A DNA stretch of 54,858 nucleotides from Gammaproteobacteria bacterium (GCA_011523765.1 WTGA01000133.1:1-54858); one strand, 5' to 3'; positions 38,435 to 48,623 are shown, numbered from the stretch's first letter. Translations and numbers: made by a program. Notes: generated by a model from the letters alone, not told the origin.

Positions 38435-39726
38435 AGGAGTCCAGGACAACCTGCCCCGCACTGTTTGTCTGCGCACCCGCATCCGGCCAGGGCAAGACCA
38501 CCGTGACCGCGGGAATGGCCCGTTATCACCGGCAGCGGGGCCGGGATGTCCGGGTATTCAAAACCGGTCCCGACTATCTTGATCCCCTGATTCTGGAGCA
38601 GGCATCGGGCAACCCGGTCGCCCAGCTGGACCTGTGGATGGTGGGGAAAGAAGAATGCCGTCAAATCATCTACCAGGCGGCCTGCGAGGCCGACCTGGTG
38701 CTGGTGGAAGGTGTCATGGGCATGTTCGACGGGGACCCGAGCGGTGCGGACATGGCGCACTATTTCGGTATTCCGATCGCCATTGTCATCGATGCGCGGT
38801 CCATGGCGCAGACTTTCGGGGCCATTGCCCTCGGGCTGGCCACCCACCGAAAGGAACTGCAGGTCGCCGGAGTCATCGCCAACAATCTGGGCAGCCGGCG
38901 GCATCAGGACCTGATTACGCACGCCATGCCCTCCGGACTCCGCCTGCTGGGCGGCATCCATCGCCATCCGCAGGCCTGCCTGCCTGAAAGGCATCTCGGG
39001 CTGGTCCATCCTCACGAGGTCGGGGATATTGAACAGCGGCTCGACAGTCTGGCCGGGATCATGTTCAATGCCGGGCTGTGCCAGCTTCCCGGACCGGTGG
39101 AGTTCACACCCGGGTCGGAAACCCGCCCGGACCGGCTGCTTGACGGGGTCCGTATCGGCATCGCCCGGGACCCGGCCTTCACTTTCATCTATGCTGCGAA
39201 CGTGCGGCTGCTGGAAGACATGGGGGCAACGTGTGTTTATTTTTCTCCGCTGAAGGATTCGGAACTGCCCGAGGTCGATGCCTTATGGCTGCCGGGCGGC
39301 TATCCGGAACTCCATCTTCATACCCTGGCGAACAACCACGAAATGCGTCAGCAGATAAAGGACTTCCATGGCAGCGGAAAAAAAATCCTGGCCGAGTGCG
39401 GCGGCATGCTTTATCTCATGGAATCCCTGACGGATGTTTCCGGGGACCGGGCAGCAATGATCGGCATATTGCCGGGAAACGGAATAATGCGGGACCGCGG
39501 TGGCTGCCAGGGAATGCAGACCGCCCCGCTGCCCCAGGGAGAGGTCCGTGCCCATGCCCACCACCGCACCCGGTGTGAAAATACAACGGAGCCGGTCGCC
39601 TATGGCAGGCGGGCCAGACACCCGGCTGCCGGTGAACCCGTCTACCAGGTTGGCAATGTGACGGCCAGCTATCTCCATCTGTACTTTCCATCCAACCCCG
39701 GAGCGATTGCGGGTGTGCTCCGGTAA
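38428..39726 (+). CDS. cobB: Cobyrinate/hydrogenobyrinate a,c-diamide synthase
   Basis: SGQGKTT, FKTGPDYLDP, EGVMGMFDG, ERHLGL, LPGGYPEL, AECGG, SYLHLYF. Confidence 0.96.
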   Translation: MVKESRTTCPALFVCAPASGQGKTTVTAGMARYHRQRGRDVRVFKTGPDYLDPLILEQASGNPVAQLDLWMVGKEECRQIIYQAACEADLVLVEGVMGMFDGDPSGADMAHYFGIPIAIVIDARSMAQTFGAIALGLATHRKELQVAGVIANNLGSRRHQDLITHAMPSGLRLLGGIHRHPQACLPERHLGLVHPHEVGDIEQRLDSLAGIMFNAGLCQLPGPVEFTPGSETRPDRLLDGVRIGIARDPAFTFIYAANVRLLEDMGATCVYFSPLKDSELPEVDALWLPGGYPELHLHTLANNHEMRQQIKDFHGSGKKILAECGGMLYLMESLTDVSGDRAAMIGILPGNGIMRDRGGCQGMQTAPLPQGEVRAHAHHRTRCENTTEPVAYGRRARHPAAGEPVYQVGNVTASYLHLYFPSNPGAIAGVLR

Positions 39727-39880
39727 CTGCCCCCTTCGGTAGTGCAATGCATTGCGTCCGGCCCGGTCAGCCCCGGTATGAAGGCGGCCGTATTCGAGGA
39801 AACCGGTGCGGGAAAAACCCCGAACCAGAGGTGAAAAGAACGGGTGAGTCGCCCTCCAGGGCCCGGGCATTCTCACCCGG

Positions 39881-41020
39881 TCAATGCCGGACCTTCCAAT
39901 TCCTGTCGGTGATGCGGGCATCCCGGAATTCCTCTCCATTCACATGCACCATCAACTTCTTGTCGACCCGGTTTGCACTCGCATCAATGGTCGCAAAGGC
40001 CAGATTGGATTCATATTTCGGGGAATAGGCCAGGCTGGTCAGGATGCCGACTTTATTCTTGCGTTCATCCACTACATCCCAGACAGACCGGGGAGAAACC
40101 AGCGGGCCGCCGTTCACGGACAGTTGCACCAGGTTCCTGCGCACTCCATTTTTCAGGATTTCGGCCAGGGCAGCGGTCGACATCGATTCGGCTTCCTTGC
40201 TCTTTTCAAGAAACCGGTCCAGACCGCATTCATACGGGTTGTTTTCCAGGGTCATGTCGCTGCCATAGGAGAGAAACCCTCTTTCGATGCGGTCAATGAG
40301 ATTGGGGCAGCCGGCCCGGATGCTGTACGGCCGGCCCGCTTCCCAGATCGCATCCCACAAATCCAGTCCCTTTGACCCATCCTGCAGATAAATCTCGAAT
40401 CCCCCCTGCCCGCTCCATCCGGACCTGGCGATAATGACTTCGGTATCGGCGATCTCCCCTTTGGTGAACCAGAAAAATTTCAGCCCCCGTATCTCATCGC
40501 CCAGTATATCCGCCATCAGGTCATCGGATTTCGGGCCCTGGACCGCAAGGGGGCTGACATCCGGTTCAAAAACCGAAACATCCATTCCCTTCCCATACGC
40601 AATCCCCCGTATCCAGTGGAGCACGCCTGAATCCGCGATGGATATCCAGAATCGGTCCTCCGCCAGTCTCAATATCACCGGGTCATTCACCACGCCACCC
40701 CGTTCATCCACCAGTGGCGCATACTTGCACTGGCCAATCCGGCACTTCGACATGTCCCTCGGAGTGACCAGTTCAACCAGTTTCATGGCATCGGGACCAA
40801 CGACTTCCACCTGTCTTTCACAGGAGACATCCCAGACCTGCACATGGCGGCACAGATGTCGATAATCCTCTTCGGCCGAAATATAATAGGAACCCAGGGG
40901 CATATGGTTGTAGGTGGTGAATGCGCTTGCGCTCTGTTCGAATACCCGTTCCTCAAATGGCGTCTTTCTTATGCGACGGGACAACACCAGGCGGGGTAAA
41001 ATCAGTTGGCGTGAATTCAT
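39881..41020 (-). CDS. dmdA: GcvT-family aminomethyltransferase, probable DMSP demethylase
   Basis: SRRIRKTPF, YNHM, HVQVWDVSCERQVE, RSGWSGQGGFEIY and GCPNLIDRIERGFLSYGSDM closely resemble DmdA as I recall it; divergent from an acyl-CoA ligase. Confidence 0.78.
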   Translation of the reverse strand: MNSRQLILPRLVLSRRIRKTPFEERVFEQSASAFTTYNHMPLGSYYISAEEDYRHLCRHVQVWDVSCERQVEVVGPDAMKLVELVTPRDMSKCRIGQCKYAPLVDERGGVVNDPVILRLAEDRFWISIADSGVLHWIRGIAYGKGMDVSVFEPDVSPLAVQGPKSDDLMADILGDEIRGLKFFWFTKGEIADTEVIIARSGWSGQGGFEIYLQDGSKGLDLWDAIWEAGRPYSIRAGCPNLIDRIERGFLSYGSDMTLENNPYECGLDRFLEKSKEAESMSTAALAEILKNGVRRNLVQLSVNGGPLVSPRSVWDVVDERKNKVGILTSLAYSPKYESNLAFATIDASANRVDKKLMVHVNGEEFRDARITDRNWKVRH

Positions 41021-41130
41021 AAGGATTTGCTTTATAATCGGTCGCTAAAAAAGCGCGTATTATGCTATCAAATGTTCCCTTTTGGAAATAGAAACCCGAA
41101 ATTCCAGCGGCACATGACAGAACGAAACAG

Positions 41131-42762
41131 ATGAACGATCACTATGAAACCCTGGACCAGGTTGACGGAATCAATTTTGTCGAACTGACCCCCATATCAT
41201 TTCTGCACCGTGCCGGTGATACCTATCCGGACCATCCCGGAATTGTGTACGGCAACCGGACCTATACCTGGAAAGAGGTGGCCAAGCGGTGTCTGAAACT
41301 CTCCTCGGCACTGAGACAACTGGGGGTGGACAAGGGGGTGACCGTGTCCGTGATTGCAGCCAATACCCCGGAACTTGCGGAATGCCACTTCGCGGTACCC
41401 ATGTCCGGAGGGGTGCTGAATGCCATCAATACCCGCCTTGACCCGGAAACCATCGCGTATATTCTCAAGCATGGCGATGCCAGGGTGTTGATCGCCGATA
41501 CCCGTCTGTCCGATACGGTCTCCGCAGCGATCGGGATGCTGGACAATCCCCCTGCCGTCATTGACATCGTGGATGAACAGGCCGAAGGAACCGGAAAACG
41601 GCTGTCCGAATGGACCTATGAAGCCCTTCTGGAGAGCGGTAATGAGGACGATGACTGGTATCTGCCGGATTCCGAGTGGGACGCGCTGACCCTCAACTAC
41701 ACTTCCGGAACCAGCGGAAAACCCAAAGGAGTGGTCTATCACCATCGGGGGGCCTACCTGATGTCCATGGGCACCGTTGCGGCCTGGCAGGTCCCGAAGC
41801 ATGCACGGTACCTGACCATTGTGCCCATGTTTCATTGCAATGGCTGGGGACATATCTGGACCATGGCATTAATGGGCGGCACCCTGTATTGCAACCGTGC
41901 GGTCAGTGCGGAAAACATTTTTTCCGCGATCAGGAACTACCGGATCACACACTTCGGCGGTGCTCCCATTGTTCTCGCCATGCTGGCCAACGCGCCAAAG
42001 GAAATCCAGTTCACACCGGACTATACGATCGAGGTCATGACCGCCGGAGCACCGCCACCGAGCAAGGTGCTGGAAGCCACGGCGGAACTCGGGCTGAATG
42101 TGACACATGTCTATGGCCTGACCGAGACATACGGTCATGTCGTGTTTTGTGACTGGCGCAAGGAGTGGTCCGGCCTGACCATTGAAGAACAGGCGGAAAT
42201 CAAGGCGCGACAGGGGGTCCGCTTTCCCATGACAGAACTGTCGAGTGTTGTGGACGTTCATTCCGGAGAACCGGTTCCTGCCGATGGAAAGACCATCGGG
42301 GAAATCGTGATCCGGGGCAATACGGTCATGAAAGGTTACTACAAGAACCCCGCCGCAACCAGCAGTGCATTCGAGGATGGCTGGTTTCACAGCGGTGACC
42401 TTGCGGTGGTACACCCCGACGGGTACATGGAAATCAAGGACCGGCTCAAGGATATCATTATCTCCGGCGGAGAAAATATTTCCTCCATTGAGGTGGAATC
42501 GGTGTTGTACAAATTCCCGAAAGTCGCGGCAGCGGCCGTCGTCGCCAAGCCCGATGAAAAATGGGGGGAAACCCCCTGTGCCTTCATTGAACTGAAAGCC
42601 GGGGAGGAATCTTCCGAAGAGGAAATCATCGCATTTTGCAAGGGAAACATGGCAGGATTCAAACGTCCGTCACAGGTTGTCTTTCTGGACCTGCCGAAGA
42701 CCTCCACCGGAAAAATACAGAAATTCATATTGCGTGAAATGGTTTCGGACGGCGAAGTATAG
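41131..42762 (+). CDS. AMP-dependent acyl-CoA synthetase, candidate MMPA-CoA ligase (DmdB-like)
   Basis: LTPISFL, YTSGTSGKPKGV, PMFHCNGW, YGLTETYG, GWFHSGDL, DRLKDIIISGGEN, PKTSTGKIQK. Confidence 0.9.
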   Translation: MNDHYETLDQVDGINFVELTPISFLHRAGDTYPDHPGIVYGNRTYTWKEVAKRCLKLSSALRQLGVDKGVTVSVIAANTPELAECHFAVPMSGGVLNAINTRLDPETIAYILKHGDARVLIADTRLSDTVSAAIGMLDNPPAVIDIVDEQAEGTGKRLSEWTYEALLESGNEDDDWYLPDSEWDALTLNYTSGTSGKPKGVVYHHRGAYLMSMGTVAAWQVPKHARYLTIVPMFHCNGWGHIWTMALMGGTLYCNRAVSAENIFSAIRNYRITHFGGAPIVLAMLANAPKEIQFTPDYTIEVMTAGAPPPSKVLEATAELGLNVTHVYGLTETYGHVVFCDWRKEWSGLTIEEQAEIKARQGVRFPMTELSSVVDVHSGEPVPADGKTIGEIVIRGNTVMKGYYKNPAATSSAFEDGWFHSGDLAVVHPDGYMEIKDRLKDIIISGGENISSIEVESVLYKFPKVAAAAVVAKPDEKWGETPCAFIELKAGEESSEEEIIAFCKGNMAGFKRPSQVVFLDLPKTSTGKIQKFILREMVSDGEV

Positions 42763-42834
42763 TCCGGTTCCCGCCGATATTGGCTTCGCAGCCAGGCCGT
42801 CATTTTCAACCTTCAAGCCGGGAGAGGTCATCCT

Positions 42835-44148
42835 ATGAGTCAAATCAAGCGGGTAGCGGTACTGGGTTCCGGCACAATGGGCCTGGGAATCGCTGGAATG
42901 TGTGCAAGTGCCGGCTGCGACGTATTGCTGCTGGACCTGCACAAGGAATCCTGTGACAGCGCGCTGCCCAGGCTCGTCGCAGGACGGACCCCTGTACTGG
43001 AGGATGAGAACCGGTTGCAGCTCATCACGACGGGGTCCTTTGCCGACGACATGCCGAAGATTGCGGATTGCCAGTGGATCTGTGAAGCCATCGTCGAAGA
43101 AGTTTCGGCCAAGCGCCGGATATTCCGTGAAGCGGAAAGATACCGGTCCGATGGTTCCATCCTTTCCACCAACACATCGGGCATCCCGCTTCGCGACCTC
43201 TATACCGGCATGCCCGAAAGGCTGCAACAGGATGTGGCCGTGACCCACTTTTTCAATCCCGTTCATGCCATGAAACTGGTGGAACTGGTTCCAGGTACCC
43301 GGACTCGGTCTGAAGCCATTGCGGTATTGGCGGATTTTCTGGGAAATACCGTGGGCAAAGGGGTCGTGTATGCCAAGGATACGGTCAATTTCATTGGCAA
43401 CCGGATCGGCTGTTTGTGGATCAACGCCGGGCTTCACCTGGCGGAAAAATCCATCCTGACAGACGGCTTGACGGTCGAACAGGTGGATGCATTGCTGAGC
43501 ACACCCATGGGGTTTCCGGCCACCGGCCTGTACGGCCTGTGCGACCTGATTGGCATCGATGTCATGTACAATGTGAACCGCAACCTGGAAGAGAATCTTC
43601 CTGAAAACGATTCCAGCCGCCGGTTCATCGCCCTGCCCGAAAAGGTACAGGGGATGTATGACCGTGGCCAGCTTGGCCGGAAAACCGGCGGTGGTTTTTA
43701 CAAGCTGATTCGGCATGCGGATGGCAGCAAATCCATGGAGGTCTTTGACCTCGCTCCCGAAACGTGGAGGAGCGAGGCCCCGGTAACCCTGCAGGAAAAC
43801 GAGCAATCGTTCCGGGACCTGTTTGAAAATCCGGGCAACCCGGGACGACTTGTCCGGGACCTGATGGCGACCACATTGTGTTATACCGCCGGATGTGTGC
43901 CGGAAATCGCGGATGACATCGTCAATGTGGACCGTGCGATGCGCTGGGGCTTCGGGTGGGAGAAAGGACCATTCCAGCTCATGGATGAAATCGGAGCGCA
44001 CTCGCTGATTGCACTGGCCAATGAACGCCCGTTTGCCATGCCCAACATGCTGCAGGTGCTCATTGATTCCGGAGAGCCCACCTTTTACCGGCATCAGGGC
44101 ACCGAATTCCTGACTGTTTGCGGGCAATGGGAAAGGGTACCGGACTGA
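42835..44148 (+). CDS. 3-hydroxyacyl-CoA dehydrogenase (no hydratase domain)
   Basis: VLGSGTMGLGIA Rossmann motif, EAIVE, TNTSGIP, HFFNP, FIGNRIG, AMRWGFGW..GPF. Confidence 0.9.
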   Translation: MSQIKRVAVLGSGTMGLGIAGMCASAGCDVLLLDLHKESCDSALPRLVAGRTPVLEDENRLQLITTGSFADDMPKIADCQWICEAIVEEVSAKRRIFREAERYRSDGSILSTNTSGIPLRDLYTGMPERLQQDVAVTHFFNPVHAMKLVELVPGTRTRSEAIAVLADFLGNTVGKGVVYAKDTVNFIGNRIGCLWINAGLHLAEKSILTDGLTVEQVDALLSTPMGFPATGLYGLCDLIGIDVMYNVNRNLEENLPENDSSRRFIALPEKVQGMYDRGQLGRKTGGGFYKLIRHADGSKSMEVFDLAPETWRSEAPVTLQENEQSFRDLFENPGNPGRLVRDLMATTLCYTAGCVPEIADDIVNVDRAMRWGFGWEKGPFQLMDEIGAHSLIALANERPFAMPNMLQVLIDSGEPTFYRHQGTEFLTVCGQWERVPD

Positions 44149-44220
44149 CCCGTGAAACCGACATTCATGGGGGATGGTCCCCAGGGTTCCGGCTTCTCCC
44201 GTTGCGGATTCCTGAATGTC

Positions 44221-45369
44221 ATGCCACCGGTGCTCGACCGTAAACACCCCTCGGCAGCGGATCTGGAACAGGCGGCACACAGGCGGCTACCTGAATTCGT
44301 GTGGGAGTACCTGTATTGTGGAATGGGGCACGGTGATGCCGTCAAGCGCAATCGCCATGCCCTGGACCGGATAAAACTGGTTCCCCGCCATCTTGTCGGC
44401 TCCGATGAGACCGATATGCGAACAGAGTTCCTGGGCCAGACATTCAGCGCACCCTTTGGTGTCGCCCCGGTTGGCCTGGGTGGCCTGGCCTGGCCCCATT
44501 CCGCTGAAAGCCTGGCCCGGGCAGCCGGGGAACAGGCCATTCCGTTCGTGGCCTCCACGTTCGCCATGGCCAGCTTGGAGACGCTGTATGACTGTGCGGG
44601 CCCTTGTGCCTGGTTTCAGTTGTACCGCCCCAATGTCGAGACCATTGAGGAGGACCTGCTCCATCGGGCCGAAACCACCGGTTACGACGTGCTGCTGGTT
44701 ACCGTTGACGTGCCCGCCCCGATGCGACGGGACCACGACATCCGAAACGGGTTTTCCGTCCCGGTGAGATTTGACCACCGGAAACTCTGGCAGGCCGCCC
44801 TGCATCCACAATGGACATTCGCCATGGCCAGAGAGGGTTTTCCGTCATTCCAGAACCTGCTCCCGTACATCCCGAACTCGCTCAAGGGCAATGATGCGCT
44901 CCACTATCTTTCCGATATCACGACCGGGCACGTTACCCCCGGCATCCTTCGGCGGCTGCGAAAACGATGGAACGGGAAATTGCTGGTAAAGGGGGTTTTG
45001 AGTCCCCGGGAAGCCGCAATGTGCCAGGATCTCGGGGTGGACGGCATCGTCGTTTCCAACCACGGGGGGCGGCAACTTGCCGCCGCGCCCGCTCCATGCG
45101 ACATGATCCGGGCCATCCGCTCCGCCACCGGGTCAGATTTTGCCCTAATTGCGGACGGAGGAGTCCGAAATGGCCTGGATATCGCCCGACTGCTGTTTCT
45201 CGGGGCCGACTTTGTCATGATGGGCCGCCCGTTCTACTATGCAGTGGCAGCCCTGGGTCACCAGGGTGCCCGGTACATCATGGAAATCTTCAAGAAAGAA
45301 TTCAAGGGTACCCTGGCACAACTGGGCTGCAGGACCGTCGGCGAACTGGGCATGCTGAAGGCCGGGTAA
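44221..45369 (+). CDS. FMN-dependent alpha-hydroxy acid oxidase/dehydrogenase (second copy)
   Basis: APVG, WFQLY, VKGV, VSNHGGRQL, DGGVRNG, GRP. Start moved to ATG 44221. Confidence 0.92.
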   Translation: MPPVLDRKHPSAADLEQAAHRRLPEFVWEYLYCGMGHGDAVKRNRHALDRIKLVPRHLVGSDETDMRTEFLGQTFSAPFGVAPVGLGGLAWPHSAESLARAAGEQAIPFVASTFAMASLETLYDCAGPCAWFQLYRPNVETIEEDLLHRAETTGYDVLLVTVDVPAPMRRDHDIRNGFSVPVRFDHRKLWQAALHPQWTFAMAREGFPSFQNLLPYIPNSLKGNDALHYLSDITTGHVTPGILRRLRKRWNGKLLVKGVLSPREAAMCQDLGVDGIVVSNHGGRQLAAAPAPCDMIRAIRSATGSDFALIADGGVRNGLDIARLLFLGADFVMMGRPFYYAVAALGHQGARYIMEIFKKEFKGTLAQLGCRTVGELGMLKAG

Positions 45370-45476
45370 TCACTCGGGGAGTGCTGCCGCACCCGGACCC
45401 CGCCGCCCTGAACCGGTTTCCGGCCATTCGCCCGGGTTCGGCCCGGCCCCGGCGGCAGTAACGCGCCGCCGGGATC

Positions 45477-46637
45477 TCAGAGATTCTCCACGAGATCCAG
45501 GGGAGACCGGCTGAGCCGTTCAACGCCGGTCTCGGTGACCAGTACCGAATGCCCCCAGCACATGGCATACCCGGAATCCGAGTCCATCAGGATCATATGC
45601 AGGAAAAAGACATTTCCCGCGTGCATGATCAACGGGTTGCCTTCGTAAAACATCGGAAAATCGACCCAGATCGGATTGAATACGGCACCCATACCATACC
45701 CGCATGCTTTCATCCTGGCATGCCCCAGTCCATGGTCATCCAGGACGGTGGCGTGGGCCTGGTATACCTGTCCCATGGGCTGTCCAGGCTGGATCGCCTG
45801 TTCGCAGGCTTGGAGTGCTTCCACGGCCGCTGCATGCATTTTTCTCTGGGGGTCGGCGGCAGGACCCACGATCAGGGTCCGCATCATTGCCGAGTGATAC
45901 CGGTGATACGCCCCCGACCATTCCAGGGTCAACTGGTCCGGTTCATCCAGGTGCCTCGGTCCCGACTGATATCGGCACAATAACGCTCCCTCGCCGGAAC
46001 CCACGATAAACTCATTCCCCGCATAACTGCCCCCGCCCCGGAAAATAGCTCCCTGCATGGCGGCCAGGATATCCCCCTCAAAGGCACCGGCCGTGGTCAC
46101 GGCGACCGCAGCATCCAGCGCCTCATCGCTCAGGGCCGCCGCCTTTTTGTGGTACTCGATTTCCCTTTCGCTTTTTTGCCGGCGCAACCGGCCGACAAGA
46201 CCGGATGCCTCCACCAGGGACACCCTGCCCTTGAGGACCCTGTGCAGTTTCTGCCCGTTCCAGGCATTCAGTCCCACCGTGTTCGTTTCAATGCCCAATC
46301 TGGCACTGCCAAGACCGATTTTCGCCAGCAACCGGTACAGGCCCTGAAATGGGTCCGCACCTTCCACATCATGCCACAGGTGGATACGGGAGTCCGGCAG
46401 GATGGATGTCTGCTGTGCCTGCCGCCAATCCGGCAGGCGTGTAAACAGATTGATCTCCCCATCGGCGGACAGCACCATGCACTGGAACATGGCATACCCG
46501 AACGTGTCGTATCCCGTCAGGTAATAGTGGCTTTCCGGTGCAAACAGTAACATGCCGTCGAGGCCGCACGCGGCCATTGCACCGCGTGCATTCCGGATCC
46601 TGTGCTGATATTCTTCTACGGCAAAATGCAGTGACAA
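45477..46637 (-). CDS. M24 (pita-bread fold) hydrolase, creatinase/ectoine-hydrolase-like
   Basis: Creatinase_N (YLTGY), KSEREI, YHSAMMRT, GYGMG; the usual D/D/H/E/E metal ligands are mostly replaced. Confidence 0.82.
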   Translation of the reverse strand: MSLHFAVEEYQHRIRNARGAMAACGLDGMLLFAPESHYYLTGYDTFGYAMFQCMVLSADGEINLFTRLPDWRQAQQTSILPDSRIHLWHDVEGADPFQGLYRLLAKIGLGSARLGIETNTVGLNAWNGQKLHRVLKGRVSLVEASGLVGRLRRQKSEREIEYHKKAAALSDEALDAAVAVTTAGAFEGDILAAMQGAIFRGGGSYAGNEFIVGSGEGALLCRYQSGPRHLDEPDQLTLEWSGAYHRYHSAMMRTLIVGPAADPQRKMHAAAVEALQACEQAIQPGQPMGQVYQAHATVLDDHGLGHARMKACGYGMGAVFNPIWVDFPMFYEGNPLIMHAGNVFFLHMILMDSDSGYAMCWGHSVLVTETGVERLSRSPLDLVENL

Positions 46638-46933
46638 GGCCTGTTCCAGGTCGTGGGGCGGGAAAGATCCGCATCATCATGGTTTTCTGCCCGCCAACAT
46701 GAATCAATGAACCCGAATATGCCGATTCCGGGTGCACGGGAGGGCGCCGGTATTATCCGTCAAACCCCAAGCCAGTACAATATGGAGACAATGACGATGC
46801 AGCGGTTGCACCCGGAAACAAACCAGGTTCTTCACGAAACAAAGCATCCAGCCCGGGTCCTGCCAGGGAACCGGTCCGGTCGACCGCGGTTGTGCCCCGG
46901 ACCACCCGTCGTCCAGCACCCGGCACATGCTCC

Positions 46934-47836
46934 ATGACCAGCGAGAACTACCCCAGGGGCGTGGCACTGGTCATCATTGCGGGAGGCATCTGGAGTATTG
47001 CGGGAGTGGTGATGCGGTACATGGAAAGCGCGAATGAATGGCAGGTATTGTTCTACCGCTCCCTGACCCTCTCAGTGTTTCTTTTTTTCTACATCGGGTT
47101 CCGGTACCGGGGTCCCCTGATCAACGCATACCGGGACCCGGGCTGGGGTTCGGTGATTGCGGGGATATGTCTGGGCGTCACCTTCTGCAGTTGGATTTTT
47201 GCCATGACCCACACCACCATTGCAAATGCGCTGTTCGTGTTGGCTGCCGCACCCTTCATTACCGCTTTACTTGGACGGCTGATTCTGGGCGAAGCCGTCA
47301 AACCGATTACGGTCTATTGCATGACGGCAACCGCCCTGGGTATCCTGGTGATGGTGGTAGAAGGGATTCTCGTGGGCACGTTCCTCGGCAACCTGTTTGC
47401 GCTGGGCGCCGCAGTCGGATTTTCCCTGTTTTCCGTCCTGTTGCGCCGAACCAAAAGGATTGACATGACTCCGACAGTCTTCTGGGCCGGTCTTTCCGGT
47501 ACGCTGATCGGGGCGGTCATGATCCTGGTATCCGGAACCGGATTCGAGGTGTCCCACCATGATTTTGAAATGTGCGCCCTGCTGGGACTGGTCCAGGTCG
47601 GCATTGGAATGATCATCTATACTGCAGGATCCAGGCATGTCCCTGCGGCAGAACTGGTGCTGCTGTCCCTGACCGAAGTGATTCTCGGCCCCTTGTGGGT
47701 GTGGCTGGCGGTGGGGGAAGTGCCCGGCACCTACACCCTGGTCGGCGGGTGTATTGTGTTCGGCGCAATCGTGTTGCAGGCCGTCACCGGAATCCGGCAC
47801 CAGCGCAAGCTGAATGCCCGGATGGTATCCATCTGA
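46934..47836 (+). CDS. DMT/EamA family transporter
   Basis: About 10 TM segments; TTIANA, PFITALLGRLILGE, EVILGPLWVWLAVGE. Confidence 0.88.
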   Translation: MTSENYPRGVALVIIAGGIWSIAGVVMRYMESANEWQVLFYRSLTLSVFLFFYIGFRYRGPLINAYRDPGWGSVIAGICLGVTFCSWIFAMTHTTIANALFVLAAAPFITALLGRLILGEAVKPITVYCMTATALGILVMVVEGILVGTFLGNLFALGAAVGFSLFSVLLRRTKRIDMTPTVFWAGLSGTLIGAVMILVSGTGFEVSHHDFEMCALLGLVQVGIGMIIYTAGSRHVPAAELVLLSLTEVILGPLWVWLAVGEVPGTYTLVGGCIVFGAIVLQAVTGIRHQRKLNARMVSI

Positions 47837-47879
47837 CCCGCCCCTACCGGACGCCGGGAGTCTCTCCCGGGGACGATTG

Positions 47880-48623
47880 CTAGATAAATTCCGCTTGAGT
47901 GGATTGCTGGCTCGCCACGGCAACCGCCTCTTCAATCGTAAACACCCGGTTAAACAATGCCCAACCCGTGACCGCCCCGGCAATATTGGGAAGATTGACC
48001 AGCATGGAAATGTCATCCAGGCTGCGTACCGTACCGCTGGAGACCACCGGACAGGCCAGTTCCGTCGCCATCTGCGTGGTATTGGCCATACTGCTTTCCG
48101 GCAACTCATCGTAGCGGTCGATATCCGTATAGATAATGGCCGCCGCCCCGCTTCTTTCAAAACGTTTTGCCAGTTCCATCGCGGTGAACGCGGAGGTGTG
48201 CTTCCAGCCATGGGAAACCACCTTGCCGTCTCTGGCATCAATACTGATCGCCACGCCATCGGGATACTTCGAACACAGGGACTCCACCAGGTGCTGGTCG
48301 ACCACCGCGGCGGTACCGAGCACCACGCGGGCGGCCCCGTTTTCCATCCACCAGTCGGCCGAACTCAATGACCGGATTCCGCCTCCGACCTGAACCGGAA
48401 TATGGGACTTCGCAATGATCTCCAGGATGATCTCAGCGTTTTGCCCGTGATATTCAAATACCCCGTCGAGGTCGACCACATGCAACCACTGTGCCCCGCC
48501 ATCCTCGAATTCCCTTGCCGCGTCCAACGGCTTGATATCGAACGTCTGGGGGTCCTCAATACTTCCATGCTTCAAATTGACGCACTGACCATTGTGCAAC
48601 TCAATATCCGGGTAAATTATCAT
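47880..48623 (-). CDS. HisA/HisF-family TIM-barrel protein (divergent HisA paralogue)
   Basis: LHVVDLDG, QVGGGIRS, VVLGTAA, SIDARDG.V..GW, IYTDI; the catalytic motifs are altered and no other his genes are adjacent. Confidence 0.85.
   Translation of the reverse strand: MIIYPDIELHNGQCVNLKHGSIEDPQTFDIKPLDAAREFEDGGAQWLHVVDLDGVFEYHGQNAEIILEIIAKSHIPVQVGGGIRSLSSADWWMENGAARVVLGTAAVVDQHLVESLCSKYPDGVAISIDARDGKVVSHGWKHTSAFTAMELAKRFERSGAAAIIYTDIDRYDELPESSMANTTQMATELACPVVSSGTVRSLDDISMLVNLPNIAGAVTGWALFNRVFTIEEAVAVASQQSTQAEFI

Noticed and set aside
45477-46637. DMSP lyase DddP
   Set aside because: It has the M24 fold and lies near dmdA, but lacks the metal ligands DddP requires.
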